Positions 41,370 through 50,130 of a stretch of 64,000 nucleotides of DNA are shown piece by piece. The DNA is from a virus. Each line of letters begins with the position of its first letter. Position 1 is the stretch's first letter. The position numbers and the translations under genes are program-made. The DNA lies in IMG/VR virus record IMGVR_UViG_3300020448_000003, positions 1 to 64,000 of that record; one strand, 5' to 3'. The notes beneath the pieces are model-generated. The model was not told the origin of the DNA and did not search any database. It saw nothing but the letters and a program-made list of their open reading frames with translations.

Positions 41370-41903
41370 TTACCCTGACAATACAGTGGGAGATCCATAC
41401 GTTACTCTACTACTACAAGGGTATCCAGAATATCCTCCTGATGGTGCACCAAGTCTATCAGTTACTCTTCCAATCGGAAGTTTAAAAGCTAATACAGTTT
41501 TAGTTGTTGCAAATAATATACGTGGATGTCCGACACCACCACAATCTTCTACAGTTAATAGACTACAGACTATTGGTGTAGGTATAATACACATTGCTTT
41601 TCCGCACGGGCACAAATAATTGATTATATTTGTCGTGGGTGACATATGGGGTGTGAACGTATCACCCATAATCATAATAGGCAATCTATTTACCTGTACC
41701 AATGCTCTAGCAGGATTCAACGCACTCAAAGGCACCAAAGGAGTGGGTGGCCATAAGCAAGTTTTATTCTTTACTTTGATTGACAGTAATATAGGTGGTG
41801 AGTTACACGCTTGTGTACTATGAATGGTACTAGGAATCGGGAATCCGTGTCCTGAGTCAGGGAGTCCGTTATGATTCGCTACTGGTAGTACCTTAAATCC
41901 CAT
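41370..41903 (-). CDS. PAAR-like spike tip protein (gp5.4-like), Cys-rich
   Basis: GHG..P, VQVNRLPIMIMGDTFTPH, TVLAFKLPIGRVTDRLG, CSSRVTYGSPTV; position next to gp25. Confidence 0.75.
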   Translation of the reverse strand: MGFKVLPVANHNGLPDSGHGFPIPSTIHSTQACNSPPILLSIKVKNKTCLWPPTPLVPLSALNPARALVQVNRLPIMIMGDTFTPHMSPTTNIINYLCPCGKAMCIIPTPIVCSLLTVEDCGGVGHPRILFATTKTVLAFKLPIGRVTDRLGAPSGGYSGYPCSSRVTYGSPTVLSG

Positions 41904-42134
41904 TTAATCGTCGTGTTCGTCCCAAGGATCTGCCAATCCTTTGTTTGCAAAAAATCCTCTGTAAACTCCAAACCCTGCCAATATCACAGTAATAACTGCT
42001 ACTGCTATTGGGAAAGTGAAGTTAGGATCAAAGTCATAGTGAGGAATAATAGTGTGAGGGCACTCTGTCCAAGTACCAGGTAAGTGATATACTGGAGGAC
42101 AGGATAAAAATAAATTAGTAACCATTGATTTCAT
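41904..42134 (-). CDS. psbN: PsbN-like photosystem II assembly peptide with N-terminal extension
   Basis: Single TM helix followed by GFGVYRGFFANKGLADPWDEHDD, matching the PsbN C-terminus (L.DPFEEHED type). Confidence 0.75.
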   Translation of the reverse strand: MKSMVTNLFLSCPPVYHLPGTWTECPHTIIPHYDFDPNFTFPIAVAVITVILAGFGVYRGFFANKGLADPWDEHDD

Positions 42135-45100
42135 CAGTTAAGTCGCATTCTTCAAAATAAGGATTCCCATATCGGTTCAATGAATCATCCAAGAGTTTAG
42201 CGGATCCACTTAGGTTATTAACCCAGTGCATCCTTCCAGTAATTGGTCCTAACTCTATGTATGGATCGAACTCAGATGTCTTTCCTGTATCGAACGCTAC
42301 GGTGGAGTGAATAATACTTTTTAAAGCAGAACATCCTGATGCTCCTCTTGACCACGAAGTAGTAAACAGTTGACCAGAACATATATCATCAGATGTTAAC
42401 CCAGTACCATTATTGTCATAGCCAGAATAAACATCCAATACACCATCAGTAACGAAATTGTGCCAACAAGGATTCGGGAATTTGCCATTAGAACAACTCG
42501 ACATCTGTATTGTATTATAACCATAGTTATTGTTTTGACCCGAAACTGTAACAGAACTTGACCCATATGCTGAATAGTTACCAGATCCTAACCAAGTATC
42601 AAGTTTTTGTAACTCTGTTCCATAAAAATCAAAGGTATTTTCATCTCCCGCATCAGGTACAAAGGTGTATCCACCACTACCAGCAGAGAAACAACGTCCT
42701 TTTACGTTACTTCCACGTGTACAAGAGTGTGATCTGTCATTAGGACCTGCTGGTCTTGGTCTTGTAAGTGACGGTTTTGGTAATGATTCTAACCAATCAA
42801 TGAATTTTTGGTTAATTACTTCACCTTTTTGCGATACATCACCTTCAATAGTCATTGAAACAGTCACTAGAGCAGTCTCTTGCTGACTTGCACAGTATTT
42901 GTGTGGCAAATAACCATATGTTTTTAACACACCTTTCTGATCATATGCAACATAAGGACAAGGTATGTCAAAAAATCTACGAGTATGGTACATATTTGCT
43001 TGCATAACCTCTACACAGTCACCACCAAGTATTCCATACATCCCATTATTGAATCTACTCTCTAATTCATCAGAACTATCGGCACTATGTACAGCAGTTT
43101 CCGATATAAAACTGTCATTTTGCTCCCATCTAGGGTCTCCATAACGTTTAATATTGGTTCCAAACTCAGATGGGTCAATATATGTACCTAAATTCATCCA
43201 ATCTTCACCAACTTCGGGTTGGAAACAGTTAATTGGCAGTTGATCACCACAAAATTTAGTTTTTTCTTCGGCATTTATATCATTCATCATAATATAACCA
43301 TAATATCCTTCATCTTCACTAGCAGTATCGTAACCTGATATCGCTTCTCCAAGTGTTACACTTGCTTCTCCCATCACATCTGACACTTCTGTGTTACCAA
43401 TACTGGTATTATCAGAAGATTCCTCTGATTTTCTTGCTACTTCATTAACACTATCATCTCCACCAAATAAAATTACCTCATCTTTTTGTAAATTACGTTG
43501 TACAACATCTATTTGTGGTTTCTCACCTGGTCTATATCCTGCACCTGGATCAATAATTGTTACTGCTGATACACTTCCCTGTGCATCTAATACTACACTT
43601 GCTCTTGCTTGCCTGATTGTCCCAGAATATCCAGCATCACTTTCAAATCTTTCCTTCTCAGCTGCTTTAAATGCCTTGTGAGTTGCTTGTCCTGCACCTG
43701 GTAATCCTTCTTCTGACTGATTATTGATTTGATTATTCGTGGTATAGTTATCAGCAAAGGTCTCGTTAGTTAAACTACCTGTATTTAGGAAACCTTCTTG
43801 ACGCATTATCTCTGGAATTGATATGTTTATGATAGGATCTACGTAATCTTTACCAGAATTGATGATTTCTATAGAACCAATCTCTCCTTTAGCGTTAACA
43901 GTTGCCTCTAAAATAGCAAGATCTATGTTTCTACCTGGTATAAGTGCTCCATTATCTACTTCTACCTTCACATATGCCACTTTTTTAGGAAATTCATAGA
44001 CACCAAAGAACGCTGCTTTGTCTTCAATACCAAATCCTGCCAATATTTCTGCTACTCCACCATTATCAGAGGTATATGTGCTCTGATATGTGAACGCATT
44101 ACCCTTTACACCATTAACTGTCTGTAATCTGATGTAACCACACTTCAATTCATCACCAAAATACCTTACAGCTTGACATTTCCACCCATTTATTGTCTCT
44201 CCTATTGAAAAGAACCCAGTATTAGAGGTATATCTAAAGAATACCATAAGGTCATCTGTACCTACTGCCCAAAATGACTCTGCCATACCTGATCCAGGTG
44301 GTGCATCTACTTTAAGATGTGTTTTTTTAGTTTTCCACGCATCTTGACGCATTTCATAGTAATAACTATGGTAAGTTATGGTCTCTTGCCAACTATTTGA
44401 GTTATTTGGAGCACAAGGAGCATCTGTAGTCAATAAATTGATGCCATATATCGGTCCTGAGAACGGAAATGACGTATCATAGAGATAATAGACGAATTGA
44501 CCCTCAAAAGCGTCGTGAAAACCCAAAAATTTAGGTAAACTTGCCTTTACAGCACCATTTTTACCATAAAACCACTCAAAATTAGCTTGATCGGACAAAA
44601 TATCGACATTATCGGGATTACCCCACCCATTTATTGCTGCTGTGTTCGCTGTTTCTGACTCATAACTCTTTTTAGAGAAAGGACCTGTCGAATCAAAGGC
44701 ATACCAACCAGATCTATCTACCTCTCCAGTGTTAGTAGGTCTACCAGTTTCTACAACTTGCTTCTTTCTTCTAGGTGCTTTTGATCCAAATACGTATCCG
44801 TATATACCAATATAAGTATATGCTTGCTCCAAGGGATTTGTAGAGTCAGGCACGCCCGCCACCCCTATTTGCAAATTAGACTCATTAGCAGGATCTATAG
44901 TATAAAAATCATCTGTACCTCTTGGATCACCTGTAACTCTATAGTGATAAAGAGGAATCATATTCTCACCAGGATTCAAAACACTACCATTTGAGTGATT
45001 AGCAGGGTCTGTGGTATTTGACCAGATATATCCTAATAGTGCTATAGAACCACTAGAACTAGAAGACAGATAAGAATTAAAGTTTGAAGAATCATAATGT

Positions 45101-45525
45101 AAGTATACTGGTGTTGTGTTTGCTAAGTTTTCTTTTTGTAGGTAGAATACCTGTCTACCACTACGAGGTTCTTTATTATATCTTCTTGGGTTAAGGGGAA
45201 GGTTATCAGGTAGTTCTGAATCATAGTGATATACGTGATCCAGTCTTCTCCCAGAATAAAATCTATATACTTCTCTTCTTTCTGAATCACAGTTTGCTAC
45301 ACACGTTTCCTGTTGCGTTCCAATATAATAGACTTCATCTTTACCAAACGCTAGTGACCCAGGTCCAGAACCATCCACCCTGATCTGATATGCGTTATTC
45401 GTCATATTAGGATCAGTGATATTCCCGAAAGAGGGATGATCATCAGATGTATATGTTCTTTGGTAGTCGTGAGTATCTACAGGGTTCTCATAACTACGAC
45501 CAGACTCAATCAGGTACGCTGGCAC
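42115..45525 (-). CDS. Virion structural protein (DUF5648-like N-terminal repeats, GxGY repeats, Cys-rich C-terminus)
   Basis: VYRFYS/PVYLHY/PLYHY..DDFYT repeats; SGKDY, PGAGY; late promoter upstream. Confidence 0.7.
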   Translation of the reverse strand: MPAYLIESGRSYENPVDTHDYQRTYTSDDHPSFGNITDPNMTNNAYQIRVDGSGPGSLAFGKDEVYYIGTQQETCVANCDSERREVYRFYSGRRLDHVYHYDSELPDNLPLNPRRYNKEPRSGRQVFYLQKENLANTTPVYLHYDSSNFNSYLSSSSSGSIALLGYIWSNTTDPANHSNGSVLNPGENMIPLYHYRVTGDPRGTDDFYTIDPANESNLQIGVAGVPDSTNPLEQAYTYIGIYGYVFGSKAPRRKKQVVETGRPTNTGEVDRSGWYAFDSTGPFSKKSYESETANTAAINGWGNPDNVDILSDQANFEWFYGKNGAVKASLPKFLGFHDAFEGQFVYYLYDTSFPFSGPIYGINLLTTDAPCAPNNSNSWQETITYHSYYYEMRQDAWKTKKTHLKVDAPPGSGMAESFWAVGTDDLMVFFRYTSNTGFFSIGETINGWKCQAVRYFGDELKCGYIRLQTVNGVKGNAFTYQSTYTSDNGGVAEILAGFGIEDKAAFFGVYEFPKKVAYVKVEVDNGALIPGRNIDLAILEATVNAKGEIGSIEIINSGKDYVDPIINISIPEIMRQEGFLNTGSLTNETFADNYTTNNQINNQSEEGLPGAGQATHKAFKAAEKERFESDAGYSGTIRQARASVVLDAQGSVSAVTIIDPGAGYRPGEKPQIDVVQRNLQKDEVILFGGDDSVNEVARKSEESSDNTSIGNTEVSDVMGEASVTLGEAISGYDTASEDEGYYGYIMMNDINAEEKTKFCGDQLPINCFQPEVGEDWMNLGTYIDPSEFGTNIKRYGDPRWEQNDSFISETAVHSADSSDELESRFNNGMYGILGGDCVEVMQANMYHTRRFFDIPCPYVAYDQKGVLKTYGYLPHKYCASQQETALVTVSMTIEGDVSQKGEVINQKFIDWLESLPKPSLTRPRPAGPNDRSHSCTRGSNVKGRCFSAGSGGYTFVPDAGDENTFDFYGTELQKLDTWLGSGNYSAYGSSSVTVSGQNNNYGYNTIQMSSCSNGKFPNPCWHNFVTDGVLDVYSGYDNNGTGLTSDDICSGQLFTTSWSRGASGCSALKSIIHSTVAFDTGKTSEFDPYIELGPITGRMHWVNNLSGSAKLLDDSLNRYGNPYFEECDLTDEINGY

Positions 45526-45781
45526 TATTTTTTACAATCTCTTCAAGTTTATTTAGTCTGTAAAACAAAGCGTCAAAGACTTCTACCAGATTACTATAAG
45601 CTGATTCACCAGGTATCTTATACTTGTACATATTGGCACCACGTGCTAGTAGGTTCTCGTGATTCTTCACTTGTGTGGCAAGATTCTTTATACTCTCAGC
45701 AATAATTAACTTTTGCCACTCATCTTCTTCCTCCTTAGTCTTAAACTCAGGTATTGCGTTATAGTTGATGTTAGGATCCAT
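45506..45781 (-). CDS. Hypothetical protein
   Basis: 91-aa ORF coupled to both neighbours. Confidence 0.7.
   Translation of the reverse strand: MDPNINYNAIPEFKTKEEEDEWQKLIIAESIKNLATQVKNHENLLARGANMYKYKIPGESAYSNLVEVFDALFYRLNKLEEIVKNSASVPD
45550..45557 (-). promoter_or_regulatory. Late promoter variant ACTAAATA
   Basis: About 25 nt upstream of the start at 45525, inside the upstream ORF. Confidence 0.5.
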
Positions 45782-46335
45782 TAGAAGTAATTTAGATTTA
45801 GAACGACTCTATTTTGTGTATTCGTACAGGATGTACCGCTATGAGGTGTATTGACAGGAAAGGTAACTAAACGGTTCGCCTTTGATTCCACCTCTTCACC
45901 TGTACCAAAAAAGGTATAACCATCATTATCATTTAGATAGAATATACCAGTAGTAGCACCAGCAAATTCATTTTCTCCATAGTTACCGACATCAGTATGC
46001 AGTTCATACCTTACCAGTTCCTTCGTACGAAAGTTTAGGTTTGCTTTAACTCTTATTATAGCACGAGGTTTAATAGTATTCAATAAAGGCAATACAGCAT
46101 CGTATGCACTACTCGTAGGTACACCATTCTCATATAACGTGTTAGTTAGTTGCCAGTTATCTAATTCATTCTCCTTTAGTTCTTCATATACAATACTCGC
46201 CACGTGAAACACTTTAGTCGAGACATACCAAGGAATATCCCCAGATAACATATATTCACGTAGGTTACAGAACTCCTGCTCCTTCATAAAGTTATCGTAT
46301 ATTTGTACTTTAGGTGTAAATTTCAGTAATTCCAT
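45781..46335 (-). CDS. 2OG-Fe(II) oxygenase superfamily protein
   Basis: LHTD...TGIFYLNDNDGYT...NRLVTF...HSG...RVVLNLNY. Confidence 0.85.
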   Translation of the reverse strand: MELLKFTPKVQIYDNFMKEQEFCNLREYMLSGDIPWYVSTKVFHVASIVYEELKENELDNWQLTNTLYENGVPTSSAYDAVLPLLNTIKPRAIIRVKANLNFRTKELVRYELHTDVGNYGENEFAGATTGIFYLNDNDGYTFFGTGEEVESKANRLVTFPVNTPHSGTSCTNTQNRVVLNLNYF

Positions 46336-46383
46336 TGAGTCGGGACGACGTTCGGGGGCACACGGTTATATAGGGTTTAATAC

Positions 46384-46581
46384 CTATTCTATAAAACCAT
46401 CAGCATCTAGTTTATCACAGATACCCTGCCATATCTTTTGTACACGTGCCAGTGGAGCACCTCCACAGACCTCTGATTTGTAGATAAGGCACCATCTAGC
46501 ACTGTTGCATATAAGTTGCCTCTCTTCTGCTGTGAGAGTGATATTAAATGTCTGAGGAGTATTCTCTTTCGGTTCTGGCAT
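46384..46581 (-). CDS. Hypothetical protein
   Basis: 65-aa ORF in operon context. Confidence 0.6.
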   Translation of the reverse strand: MPEPKENTPQTFNITLTAEERQLICNSARWCLIYKSEVCGGAPLARVQKIWQGICDKLDADGFIE

Positions 46582-46708
46582 AAAAGTCTACTGCCCCTTG
46601 GAAGTAACCAAGAACTCGTTCAATCTCCTTACTGTTTCCATTACTGTCACGATAACTCATAAGTGCATCATAGCACAATTTTTGCTCTGATAGGGTTAAT
46701 TTGTTCAT
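46544..46708 (-). CDS. Hypothetical protein (54 aa)
   Basis: MNKLTLSEQKLCYDALMSYRDSNG...; ATGA overlap with the AbrB-like gene. Confidence 0.55.
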   Translation of the reverse strand: MNKLTLSEQKLCYDALMSYRDSNGNSKEIERVLGYFQGAVDFYARTEREYSSDI

Positions 46709-46863
46709 CTTGCTCTGTCTATTGTTATAGTATCCCCATCGATACCAAATTCGATCTCATCGCCTTCCATAAGGTCTGCCTCAGAGATTAACCAGTCTGG
46801 AATCTTTACATATATCTCGCCAGTTTCTTCGTCCTCTAGGATTGTGGCGATGTTTCTACGCAT
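46705..46863 (-). CDS. AbrB/MazE/SpoVT-family DNA-binding protein (52 aa)
   Basis: MRRNIATILEDEETGEIYVKIPDWLISEADLMEGDEIEFGIDGDTITIDRAR fits the swapped-hairpin pattern. Confidence 0.75.
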   Translation of the reverse strand: MRRNIATILEDEETGEIYVKIPDWLISEADLMEGDEIEFGIDGDTITIDRAR

Positions 46864-47272
46864 TCTTTCTGATAACATATAGTGTCGAAGGTATATAGGA
46901 TTCTACAGCTTCTATACGTGATATGTCAAATGCTTTATGATGTAATAAGTAACCATCGCCAATATAAGCAGCACAGTGATTCATACGTTTATCAAATTTC
47001 ATCAGTAGAAGGTCGTAAATCTGTAAATCGTCTATATCGAACACTTCGCCCATAGTGGATGTTTTTATCACAGACCATCCTTCATCCTCCCATAAGTCCT
47101 TTAAGAACTCTTTTGCGGTAAATGAGTAATCTTCTTTACAGGTATGAATTCCTTTAGCAATTCCAAACTCATATAGAAGGGTAAAGCATCCCCCTCCACG
47201 TGTCTGCGACCACTCTTTCCCAAGGAAATCAGAGTATTCCGCTTCTTTTTGTAATCGAACCTTTTTTGTCAT
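46856..47272 (-). CDS. NlpC/P60-family (C40) peptidase-like protein
   Basis: GGGCFTLL (catalytic Cys) and NHCAAYIGDGYLLHH (His). Confidence 0.75.
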   Translation of the reverse strand: MTKKVRLQKEAEYSDFLGKEWSQTRGGGCFTLLYEFGIAKGIHTCKEDYSFTAKEFLKDLWEDEGWSVIKTSTMGEVFDIDDLQIYDLLLMKFDKRMNHCAAYIGDGYLLHHKAFDISRIEAVESYIPSTLYVIRKNA

Positions 47273-47392
47273 TTTTTTCTGGGACCTTTTTTTTCTATAT
47301 GGGGTACCTTAAAAGTCTTTTTCGATAATATATGTCGTCCTATACTTTTGTAGGTTACACTAAAAACAAAAATTATATGTTGAAAAATGTTA

Positions 47393-47632
47393 CTAACTGT
47401 CCGCTATTCCTACCTCATAAAGTAATCCTTCGAGAACATAATAATCTGCTAGTTGTTTATACTTAGTCAGGTTAATCTGTCCAGTATCTAACAAGAACTG
47501 TAGCAACTCTATTTGTTCATTAGGGGGTAAGGATTGCTCTTCTATAAGTGTATAGAATCCTCGCAACTTCTCAGTTAGGGTAATACTTTTGTCTGTGTAA
47601 TCCTCCTGGAATTGTTTACTATTAGTAGGCAT
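47393..47632 (-). CDS. Hypothetical protein
   Basis: 79-aa ORF behind a perfect sigma70 promoter. Confidence 0.7.
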   Translation of the reverse strand: MPTNSKQFQEDYTDKSITLTEKLRGFYTLIEEQSLPPNEQIELLQFLLDTGQINLTKYKQLADYYVLEGLLYEVGIADS

Positions 47633-47674
47633 AAGTTAGTGGGTAATTGTTATTACTTAGTGTCTACATTTAGT

Positions 47675-47703
47675 ATTATAGAGTATAAACAAATAAATGT
47701 CAA
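47675..47703 (-). promoter_or_regulatory. Consensus sigma70 promoter
   Basis: TTGACA-17 nt-TATAAT, exact. Confidence 0.85.
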
Positions 47704-47885
47704 ATATGCCCCTGAGATATGTGGGAATCCTCGGATATACTTGCAAAGGTCTCTGTTCTGTGCTAATCTGCTAAGACTGCTATACCTCTGCATATTTCTG
47801 ATTGTTATACAGATAAACAAAATACTTACCTATATTTATTTGTATATTTCCGATATGCTCCCATTTCTCTCTTATTGGTCTTATT

Positions 47886-48215
47886 TCATTCCCATTTAAG
47901 ATTAGTTGAAACATCGTTTAATTTATTTTTGTCTATATGGATAACGTTTAAATCTGGGTTATCCGTAAAAATAAATGCAAGTGCGGTAAGTCTAGCAGCA
48001 CGTCTAACAACTGTTTTATTTTGTTGTCTTAATGTGACCCTCCTGTATCCGTTTTCATTTAGATGGATTTTTAATTTCTTCCATTTCCCCCATTTAGTGC
48101 TGTAAATGTCCCCAAGGTTAGAAACATAATAATCTTCATAGTTCGGGATAGGTTTATACAAAATACCTTCCTCATCCTGATAGGTATTTTCATCGATCTT
48201 TTTAAATGGGTTCAT
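47886..48215 (-). CDS. NUMOD4-HNH endonuclease-like protein, truncated after the HNH core
   Basis: YKPIPNYEDYYVSNLGDIYS (NUMOD4); VIHIDKNKLNDVSTNLKWE* (HNH_3-like). Confidence 0.75.
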   Translation of the reverse strand: MNPFKKIDENTYQDEEGILYKPIPNYEDYYVSNLGDIYSTKWGKWKKLKIHLNENGYRRVTLRQQNKTVVRRAARLTALAFIFTDNPDLNVIHIDKNKLNDVSTNLKWE

Positions 48216-48243
48216 AGTCTTTTAACAAATAGGCGGGCGAAAT

Positions 48244-48894
48244 TCAAAAACAGTTAAACGTCAAGGTTAATCGGTTCGGTGTACTGTTTAATTCAAAACC
48301 TCGTGATAGGTTACTAGGGAATATTAATATATCGCCTTCCGATGTTGGTATGTCCTGAGTAAGGTTATTAAAAGGCGTTATTTTTTCGTGTTTTCCCTGC
48401 ATAATGGGATAATGTGGGGAACCGATTGCCCGATTGAATTTAAGAGGACTATGTTTATCTGGTAAGAAATTTATAAAATAACAACCTGAGTATAAAACAT
48501 TGCTCTGTTCGTGGGGTGCATACATCGATTCTGCTCCAGCAACCTCAATAATGCTATCCGCAAATTGGATTTCCTGGAAGTTTTTCCACTCATAGCAATA
48601 TGATTGAGAATTAACCTCAAATACTGCTTTTTGTATGGTCTCCTTAATGGTAGCAAGTGCCTGATGTTCTAATATGGCATTATCCCCTAATTGCGTTATA
48701 TTGTAGCATATAGACGTTTTTGGGGATGGGATGCAAGTTTTAGGATCAATTTGATCCAAAAAGTCAACTAGGATTGCTTTATGTTCATTATGTTTTTTGT
48801 TTGTATATTTTCCTATAGGAACCATAAACAACCCATAAACCGATGTATCCGTTACTGATTGCGTTAGATTATCCGATAGAATAGACTCATCCAT
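48244..48894 (-). CDS. 2OG-Fe(II) oxygenase-like protein (TIGR02466-like) with degenerate metal ligands
   Basis: YAPHEQSNVLYSGCYFI...EGDILIFPSNLSRG...RLTLTFN. Confidence 0.7.
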   Translation of the reverse strand: MDESILSDNLTQSVTDTSVYGLFMVPIGKYTNKKHNEHKAILVDFLDQIDPKTCIPSPKTSICYNITQLGDNAILEHQALATIKETIQKAVFEVNSQSYCYEWKNFQEIQFADSIIEVAGAESMYAPHEQSNVLYSGCYFINFLPDKHSPLKFNRAIGSPHYPIMQGKHEKITPFNNLTQDIPTSEGDILIFPSNLSRGFELNSTPNRLTLTFNCF

Positions 48895-48905
48895 AAATTA
48901 AACCA

Positions 48906-48937
48906 TAAAAAAATAGAGGTAAATTAATACCTCTATT
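48906..48937 (-). terminator. Rho-independent terminator ending the early-island transcript
   Basis: AATAGAGGT-ATTAATTT-ACCTCTATT followed by a T run. Confidence 0.75.
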
Positions 48938-48966
48938 ATTATATAGGTAGTTTTAAACCCTGTCAA
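48938..48966 (-). promoter_or_regulatory. Consensus sigma70 promoter abutting the terminator
   Basis: TTGACA-17 nt-TATAAT, exact. Confidence 0.85.
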
Positions 48967-48967
48967 A

Positions 48968-49303
48968 TTACCAAGTGGTCATAATGTGCATACCATTGTC
49001 AAAATCCCTTACGAGACCTCTACCACTCTGTAAAAACCAATTCCAGTTTTTCTGAAACACTCTAGCACCATTTAGAAATTCTGAGCATATTGCGTTAAGT
49101 CTGGATTTAGTTGTATTAGATTGCCAACCTCCATCGAATAGTGTAACCTCAACAACGTTGCCATCCCTGTAGATAGTTGCTATTAAATTGCTATGTAAGT
49201 AAACTCTGCTCTCGTTACCAGTAGTGAAAATTGCTGTATTACCTGATGTGAAATTTGTTTGATTGCGAAGTGCATTGTTCATTCTCATTTCAATTTTTCT
49301 CAT
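48968..49303 (-). CDS. Conserved cyanophage early hypothetical protein
   Basis: VYLHSNLIA...FDGGWQSNTTKSRLNA...VFQKNWNWF; AAGGAG SD. Confidence 0.8.
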   Translation of the reverse strand: MRKIEMRMNNALRNQTNFTSGNTAIFTTGNESRVYLHSNLIATIYRDGNVVEVTLFDGGWQSNTTKSRLNAICSEFLNGARVFQKNWNWFLQSGRGLVRDFDNGMHIMTTW

Positions 49304-49310
49304 TTGGATT

Positions 49311-49393
49311 TTCTCCTTTGTTGCTTATAGTACTATTATAGAGGATTGACACCTGTATTCAATACAGAATGTGACACTAATAAAAGTGTCACA
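49311..49393 (-). promoter_or_regulatory. Early promoter module copy 1
   Basis: TGTGACAC-N8-GTGTCACA-N7-TTGAAT-N16-TATAAT, then SD AAAGGAG. Confidence 0.85.
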
Positions 49394-49408
49394 AGATCGA
49401 TTGACTTT

Positions 49409-49801
49409 TTAGTATTTTATCATCTTATTATCCATTAAGATAACAGTATAGAATTTCTGTAAAAGATTTCTGTACTTTATAGTTTGCATATCGTAATTTG
49501 CATCTTTAACAAATGCAATATAGGATACTTTAGAGAATTTTGTTTTATCAATATGGATTGCTCTGTAATCGTCTGCTGATATGTCATCCTGTGCAATGTC
49601 ATATACAACTTTTCCTACTACAGTACCGCCAATAAGGATATTTGCAAATGCTCCTCTCTGGTGATAGAGGTGATGTAATGATACATTATTTTTCCAACTT
49701 CCGTTACCATATGAATCGATTGCTGTTAAAAGTAACCTCTGGTAGGTGTCTAACCTTACTGTCTTGTTAGAGTGCTTTGCAAGTACTTTTGTGAAACCCA
49801 T
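49409..49801 (-). CDS. Hypothetical protein
   Basis: 130 aa behind promoter module 2. Confidence 0.75.
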   Translation of the reverse strand: MGFTKVLAKHSNKTVRLDTYQRLLLTAIDSYGNGSWKNNVSLHHLYHQRGAFANILIGGTVVGKVVYDIAQDDISADDYRAIHIDKTKFSKVSYIAFVKDANYDMQTIKYRNLLQKFYTVILMDNKMIKY

Positions 49802-49808
49802 AAATTTT

Positions 49809-49888
49809 TCCTTTGTTTGCTATACCTCTATTATAGTGGGTTGACACCTGTATTCAACATTGAGTATGACACTAATTAAACTGTCATA
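49809..49888 (-). promoter_or_regulatory. Early promoter module copy 2
   Basis: TATGACAG-N8-GTGTCATA-N7-TTGAAT-N16-TATAAT. Confidence 0.85.
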
Positions 49889-50130
49889 GGGGTCATTGAC
49901 TCTATTAAATCTATCTGCTTATAGTCGTAAACAGGCATTTTATAATGTATATTATTTGTTAAATGTAACTGTGGACTTGTTTCCTCGTCATATCTAACAA
50001 ATACCTGATAATTGGAACCTCGAAATCTCACATAATCCCCAACTCCAATATCCTGGAATTTCTTATACTTTTGTAATTTAAGTTCACTCATAACGATTTG
50101 ATTGTAAAGATTTTCTGATAATGGTTGCAT
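49876..50130 (-). CDS. Hypothetical protein
   Basis: 84 aa, coupled by TAATG. Confidence 0.7.
   Translation of the reverse strand: MQPLSENLYNQIVMSELKLQKYKKFQDIGVGDYVRFRGSNYQVFVRYDEETSPQLHLTNNIHYKMPVYDYKQIDLIESMTPMTV

Noticed and set aside
46544-46863. Toxin-antitoxin pair
   Set aside because: The gene after the AbrB-like ORF shows no recognisable toxin motif
49370-49393. Palindrome as a CRP or NtcA site
   Set aside because: TGTGA and TCACA are 14 nt apart rather than 6, and there is no GTA-N8-TAC
49346-49846. Plus-strand TTGACA within modules 1 and 2 as antisense promoters
   Set aside because: No acceptable -10 box 16-18 nt downstream
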